A DNA stretch of 12,206 bases, taken from Candidatus Thorarchaeota archaeon. GTDB lineage: Archaea; Asgardarchaeota; Thorarchaeia; Thorarchaeales; Thorarchaeaceae. Below the pieces are notes generated by a model that saw nothing but the letters and a program-made list of their open reading frames with translations, made no database searches and was not told the DNA's origin. This document shows, piece by piece, positions 8,601-12,206 of this stretch. Every line of letters begins with the position of its first letter. Position 1 is the first letter of the stretch. The stretch spans positions 1 to 12,206 of the forward strand of contig JBHIAE010000074.1 of the NCBI GenBank assembly GCA_046758445.1, written 5' to 3'. A program made the position numbers and the translations under genes.

Positions 8601-10337
8601 GTTGGCTGCGAAAGAAACCGGAATCGAAGCACGATTCCAAAACGAGTAGTTGAGAAGGACCTGACCGGTTCCTGAATCTTCGATTGCCTTGACAGGCCCA
8701 GTTTCGGAGGAGGTGATCCAGAAGTCTACGCTTTCGAAAGTCGGAACATCCACCGCAGTTAGAGAAACATCATCCACCAAGAATGTTACAAATTGCCCGT
8801 TTGCGCTATCACCGTCCAGATCAGGATCTGTTTCTGTTATCTCAACATAGCTTGAGTTAGTGTGTACGTTTAGACTCACTCGGGCCTCGAATGTTGCTGG
8901 CGCTCCTGGAATACTGACAACCAAAGGCCCTATGCTGTTCCAGACTCCCCTCTGCGAAATGCTCACTGGGTCTATGGACCAGGTCCACAGGACTGATGAT
9001 CCATCGAATATCTCAAACATGAAATCGAAAACGCCGCTGAAGTTAGTTCCAACGGGCCCCCTCTGATAGTAGTAGTTCATGCTGAAAACAAACTCGTCAA
9101 TCAATTGGCTATTGGTCACGTTTTGATACCAGTAGATCCTCGTGCCATTGTAGTGACGGTATCCGATGGGACTGGTCACTGCATATCCTTCATTCTCTAG
9201 CACTACGTACTTACGACTAGTGTCAACAAAGGCAGCGCGTTGTCTTCCATTGAAAAACAATACCTCACGTCTCGCGCCCCAACCTGAGGCGTTGTATATG
9301 CCATCACCAAACCAGTCTACATTCACGCCTGGATATCCATTCTCGAACGTGCCATTCAACACAACAAGACGCTTCAAATCTCTGACACTCACTTCAATCT
9401 GCTCTGCCCGCCACCCATTCTCGGCACACGGGACGTCTCTGCTGAATGAGTAGCTACCAGAGGCAACCAAATGTGTGGTGCCTGAAGAGTCTGTCAGGTC
9501 ATCTTCGAACTCGTAGTAGTGGACTAGGTTGGGCTCTGTTCCAGTAAGCTGTTCTCGGTAGTCTCCCACAAGGTCGTCTCGACCTCTACGGACATCGTAG
9601 TACCGGAATTCATCTATGTGTCCATCAACCTGAGCCGTTCTCGCCGCTGAGTTCATTATATCATTCTCACGATGAAGGCCTGCAAGGGAGTCAGTCCAGG
9701 AATTCGTGCTCACATCCTCTACAGGTGACGTGTCCTCGTCCCCCCAGAAGATCTCTATGCTGTTTGCGCTCTCGTCCCATGTGATTGCTATGAAGTACCA
9801 GTGGTCTGATTCCCAGTCACTCTTGATGCCTTGAAATGTCGTGTCACTGCCCCAATCGAGGACAATCCTTCCGCTGGACCAACGAGTTTCGAAGTCGTAG
9901 TCTTGACCCCAGAACCGACCGTGAGGAGCAGTCACATCCCATTTTATCCACATTGAGATTGTGCCTTCAGGAGAACTGAAATCTGCAGCGCCGCTCGCTC
10001 CCACAAGAAAGTAGCCCCCAGTGCAGTCTGCCGACCTTGTGTTGGCCGGGCTTCCTGCCGGCAGCCATACTTCAGAACTTGGTGAAGAATCTATGTCTGT
10101 TCTTCCCTTCAAGTACTGCACGGTCCCAGATGGTTCCCCGGTATGCTCTATGACCACAGGATTCAGACTTCCTGTTTCAGTATCAGCCATCAAGTAATCT
10201 CGATAATGTGTAACCGCATCCGCACTATCACTGTGAGATTCTATAAGAGGGGGACCATCCACAATAGGAACCGCCAATGGCAAGCAGACTATCATCAATG
10301 CCATTAACGGTATCATGACTGCTCGGTTTCGAGGCAA
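5628..10337 (-). CDS. 1569-aa single-pass membrane glycoprotein: signal peptide, LamG/ConA-like domain, beta-rich region, 5 Ig-like repeats, TM helix, cytoplasmic longin-like and wHTH-like domains
   Basis: Signal peptide MPRNRAVMIPLMALMIVCLPLAVP. LamG-like motifs GTISMWIK, WYFIAITWD, GHIDEFRYYD, LVHYYEFE. About 30 N-x-S/T sequons before the TM helix (AGLLGALAILSVSFVFLMG, followed by RR) and none after it. TTG start with GGAGG at 10345-10349. Confidence 0.92.
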   Translation of the reverse strand: MPRNRAVMIPLMALMIVCLPLAVPIVDGPPLIESHSDSADAVTHYRDYLMADTETGSLNPVVIEHTGEPSGTVQYLKGRTDIDSSPSSEVWLPAGSPANTRSADCTGGYFLVGASGAADFSSPEGTISMWIKWDVTAPHGRFWGQDYDFETRWSSGRIVLDWGSDTTFQGIKSDWESDHWYFIAITWDESANSIEIFWGDEDTSPVEDVSTNSWTDSLAGLHRENDIMNSAARTAQVDGHIDEFRYYDVRRGRDDLVGDYREQLTGTEPNLVHYYEFEDDLTDSSGTTHLVASGSYSFSRDVPCAENGWRAEQIEVSVRDLKRLVVLNGTFENGYPGVNVDWFGDGIYNASGWGARREVLFFNGRQRAAFVDTSRKYVVLENEGYAVTSPIGYRHYNGTRIYWYQNVTNSQLIDEFVFSMNYYYQRGPVGTNFSGVFDFMFEIFDGSSVLWTWSIDPVSISQRGVWNSIGPLVVSIPGAPATFEARVSLNVHTNSSYVEITETDPDLDGDSANGQFVTFLVDDVSLTAVDVPTFESVDFWITSSETGPVKAIEDSGTGQVLLNYSFWNRASIPVSFAANTSISFEYSTKVSRMYRIYNSSSTMSLDDIGVAYDVGFDRSSNLSLFTFIHSYPEAENVGFVVHHPSDWENASVENSFGIDVTSQAIVGPGRLEMPKGAVDSVGWWSVKLNGPNYAGAMSTQVYDDIGFSWENESVFRSGSKIRCQVDIGTSLESPSFVQNLEVTWYRPIDNVWSSEVVSNMSGSLVVSSGRTLGPLNATPGDWMVDIFWTNGTEVAHRYQLFEVRHQLTVFPYTPHIEAELGENFTAAVYIRDQDNGEPILGGASIVGNWSGTEIQFSPNLAKGWWEADFNTSITGAGSFVIVVNVTMPYRYESNCTITVNVLTFTVMTVLGNQFVEIGPSRTYAAKFRYMFLDGTGISDANVSVFSWSGPAGGLRYNNTISVPGEPGNYSIEFSGDFGGVYVITVTGAKQDLATAATTLYLVVGPVSTDLGVAGEGLPDSLFFNQTYTFSLLYRTSEFVGIQGATVNVTYNPVTVVDWIDSGEGYYNVSVRVPAVGSFSVFLRFYKQGFAFADISFGFDAIEIPTVATALGFTGPYYESRTYEFALFYNSTLANGVVGADLTPSTAIRDFFRYTDSGDGWYNFTLTPSTGNWNATFWLAKVGYEESTFSIEFDAEKIPIILAPEHPLNQTYTRFEETVLSLHLVPIAADTGAVITGATVEYFLVDTTSDEDTILFHGTFVEESGVYYVNITVPAPGLYLLRVEISKNHHEVMTQEVFLSSEPDPGALLVRTFNAGLLGALAILSVSFVFLMGRRFYAATATRRNLELLALEGRLNDAKNLIGILVIHRSIGLPVYSRIIKGGFEESVLSSFIAAISQFRAEFSWDEPIWAAIPITEVITAVQTEVLICAMITVETASVRQKSQLEAFGREVGGLYDHEDHTLRQMFHTPELSEAFSRSFDPIFDSYFDGSLMTRYVGVKKDLPSHLSPVSEAMNTLKIDYGVTPGAIIRAVILLGHSERKAHQIAFEAIDNGYLIAGERKLPPPISPPE
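6440..7925 (-). repeat. Five degenerate ~95-100-aa beta-sandwich (Ig-like/carboxypeptidase-regulatory-like) protein repeats
   Basis: Recurring GxxIxGAxV (GEPILGGASIV, GTGISDANVSV, VGIQGATVNV, NGVVGADLT, GAVITGATVEY), then GxY/W-x-hydrophobic strand and a G-aromatic strand often ending in K (GWWEADF, GNYSIEF, GYYNVSV, GWYNFTL, GVYYVNI). Visible at protein level only. Confidence 0.75.
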
Positions 10338-10344
10338 TCTTTAG

Positions 10345-10349
10345 CCTCC
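10345..10349 (-). promoter_or_regulatory. Shine-Dalgarno GGAGG supporting the TTG start at 10337
   Basis: cctcc on +, 7-nt spacer. An in-frame TAA two codons upstream bounds the ORF. Confidence 0.7.
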
Positions 10350-10526
10350 AAAGGGACTGGAATGAGGCCGCTTACTATCTAGGAAAAGTCATTGGACTCC
10401 CCAACGAGCTACACCCAAACAGCAACGGCACGACTTTTGACCGAGAGTAGATTGTTCCATCGATATTTCAGCAATTGTGGTCTGAATTGAGAAGCGACAG
10501 GTGGAGAGTTTTACCAGATGCTTTTG

Positions 10527-11993
10527 TCAGATTAGACTAACTCTCTCATTGAACTCGACTATTAGCCTGTCGATCTTGGGTGTGAGCTGTTGGACCCGCT
10601 CCCAATACTCTGGATAGTCGTACCATTGAGCATTCAACTCGTCCAAGTCGAACATCTGCTGCTCAATCCAAGTGAAGTACTTGAGATGGTGAACACGCTT
10701 ACGATCATAATGGTCAAGCTCAATCATGGCGTCAGTCTTGTGCGCCATAAGGTGACCATGGTAGTCCTTTATGCTGTCATCACGCTTGTAGGAGCCATGC
10801 GCCGCCCGAGCTTCCTTCAACCTTGACTGGTACATGTCCATGGAATCTGTGAAGACCGTGAGCACGACATCCCTTCGGGTCAGCTCATAGTACCTGGCAT
10901 ACTTGATGGCCATCAGCATGTTTGCAACACTTGAGATACCGAGTAAGTCTAGCCGGTTCACCAACCCCTCTGAAACCCCGACATCATTGACCAAGTACTT
11001 GCGACCAGCGGGTTCATTGAATAGGCGAATCAAGTTCATGGGGTCATTGTCGTCTATGGCAATGATTGTGTCCGTATTGCGGACGTTGTGAATCCACGGG
11101 ACGTGCTTGTCGCCAATCCCCTCAATCCTATGTGCACCGTATCCATTGATCCAGAGGGTCGGGCATTGAACAGCCTCACCCGCTGACACTCTTGATGTGG
11201 GGTAGCGCTGCTTCATGAAATCGCCGCTGGCAATCGTGCCTGCAGAACCAGTGGTCAGGCAGAGACCACTATACTTGCCATTGCCGAGTTCCCTATCCAG
11301 AACTTCTGCCAGAGCATTGCCAGTGACCTCGTAGTGCCATAGATAGTTTCCGAACTCGCTAAACTGGTTGAAGACAAACACGTCATCCCTAGTGCGTTTC
11401 AATTCCCAAACCTTGTCATAGATCTCCTTTACGTTGCTCTCCGATCCTGGAGTCTTGATGACCTCCCCAGCAACACTGGCCAACCAGTCAAACCGTTCTT
11501 GGGACATCTCCTCGGGGAGAATGGCTATGCTGTCACATGCAAGCAAGGAAGAATCGTATGCTCCACCCCGGCAGTAATTCCCAGTCGATGGCCAGACAGC
11601 TTTATGCGTCGTTGGATCAAATTGACCAGTTACCAGGGGAGGTACAAGACAACCAAAGGCCGCACCTACCTTATGGGCCCCCGTCGGAAACCATTTGCCG
11701 ACTAATGCAATGATGCGTGCCTCGACCCCTGTGAGCTCTGGGGGAATCTCCATGTAGTTCGCAAGCGGCTGAAAAAGACCGCCCTTCTCCATGGGTTGGT
11801 TCTTCCATGTGATTCTGAAAAGGTTCTGCGGGACAACATCCCAGAGTCCTATTCCTTTGAGCTCCTTGACGATTCTCTTCGGAGTCTTTCCTGGATCCTT
11901 TAGTTGTTCGATTGTCGGAATTACGATACCCCTTTCTCTACATCGCTCGACTGTGCGTTTCAACTGGTCTTCGTTCATCCTCAGACCTATCAT
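10527..11993 (-). CDS. Fold-type II PLP-dependent enzyme (cysteine synthase/tryptophan synthase beta superfamily, long uncharacterised subfamily)
   Basis: PLP-Lys motif FPTGAHKVG, substrate loop PSTGNYCRGG, NQF, phosphate-binding TTGSAGT, and HRIEGIG (cf. CysK HKIQGIG). SD GAGGT at 12001-12005. Confidence 0.85.
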   Translation of the reverse strand: MIGLRMNEDQLKRTVERCRERGIVIPTIEQLKDPGKTPKRIVKELKGIGLWDVVPQNLFRITWKNQPMEKGGLFQPLANYMEIPPELTGVEARIIALVGKWFPTGAHKVGAAFGCLVPPLVTGQFDPTTHKAVWPSTGNYCRGGAYDSSLLACDSIAILPEEMSQERFDWLASVAGEVIKTPGSESNVKEIYDKVWELKRTRDDVFVFNQFSEFGNYLWHYEVTGNALAEVLDRELGNGKYSGLCLTTGSAGTIASGDFMKQRYPTSRVSAGEAVQCPTLWINGYGAHRIEGIGDKHVPWIHNVRNTDTIIAIDDNDPMNLIRLFNEPAGRKYLVNDVGVSEGLVNRLDLLGISSVANMLMAIKYARYYELTRRDVVLTVFTDSMDMYQSRLKEARAAHGSYKRDDSIKDYHGHLMAHKTDAMIELDHYDRKRVHHLKYFTWIEQQMFDLDELNAQWYDYPEYWERVQQLTPKIDRLIVEFNERVSLI

Positions 11994-12095
11994 GAGAATT
12001 ACCTCTTGTCCAATTGCCCAGTTTCTACACTCTGACCTGACCGTGTCAGTTGGGATGATGGTTCCTTTTAACTCTAGGGAACATACGCCGTCTAA

Positions 12096-12161
12096 CCCTC
12101 TTTGGCATCGCAGTCGAACCTAGGAATCCTCCGGCTTGGTTGGACTGTTCTTGCCAGAGGG
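12096..12161. other. 66-nt imperfect long stem-loop (candidate structured RNA element)
   Basis: CCCTCT(TT)GGCA pairs with TGCCAGAGGG; CAGTCGAACC pairs with GGTTGGACTG (one mismatch). About 19-21 bp in total, in non-coding DNA ~100 bp upstream of the PLP gene. Confidence 0.5.
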
Positions 12162-12206
12162 ACACATTAAAAACGGATGGTCAATAAACAATCGACAACT
12201 CGTGCA

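Noticed and set aside
6570-9453. Plus-strand and off-frame ORFs inside the 1569-aa gene (and similar ones inside the other genes)
   Set aside because: They are codon-bias shadows with no motifs or ribosome-binding sites.
10338-10529. Possible UGA readthrough fusing the PLP enzyme to the in-frame giant protein
   Set aside because: The frames match, but a second TGA and a TAA intervene, and the giant protein has its own SD and signal peptide.
12105-12130. tRNA T-arm-like GGTTCGA on the minus strand
   Set aside because: Flanks do not form a T-stem or cloverleaf, and there is no acceptor or anticodon arm.
1-12206. CRISPR array, DGR template/variable repeats, transposase or integrase; recurrent GTCGAC hexamers
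   Set aside because: No regularly spaced or long near-identical DNA repeats were seen by eye, and there is no RT, Cas or transposase ORF. Most GTCGAC sites lie in coding regions with no regular spacing.

Overview
Archaeal-type window, most likely from an Asgard archaeon (Thorarchaeia-like). This is inferred from the 24-aa 'LDLxPL' LRR protein and the giant sequon-rich surface proteins with a longin-like tail; no database search was run. Six real genes are supported. (1) A secreted or membrane surface glycoprotein missing from the ORF track, - strand, starting at 1220 and running off the left edge. (2) A GT-C/GT87-like polytopic glycosyltransferase. (3) A divergently transcribed NDP-forming acyl-CoA synthetase alpha subunit. 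(4) A cytoplasmic LRR protein. (5) A 1569-aa single-pass membrane protein with signal peptide, Cys-bracketed LamG-like insert, five Ig-like repeats, TM helix, cytoplasmic longin-like domain, wHTH-like domain and Pro-rich tail. (6) A long fold-type II PLP enzyme. The main candidate system is the receptor/adhesin-like protein joining an extracellular binding module to a longin-like cytoplasmic domain. Its paralog at the left edge lacks the LamG module at the equivalent loop, which suggests modular domain swapping. A long hairpin with SECIS-like geometry lies at the right edge. No CRISPR array, tRNA, rRNA or mobile element was seen.
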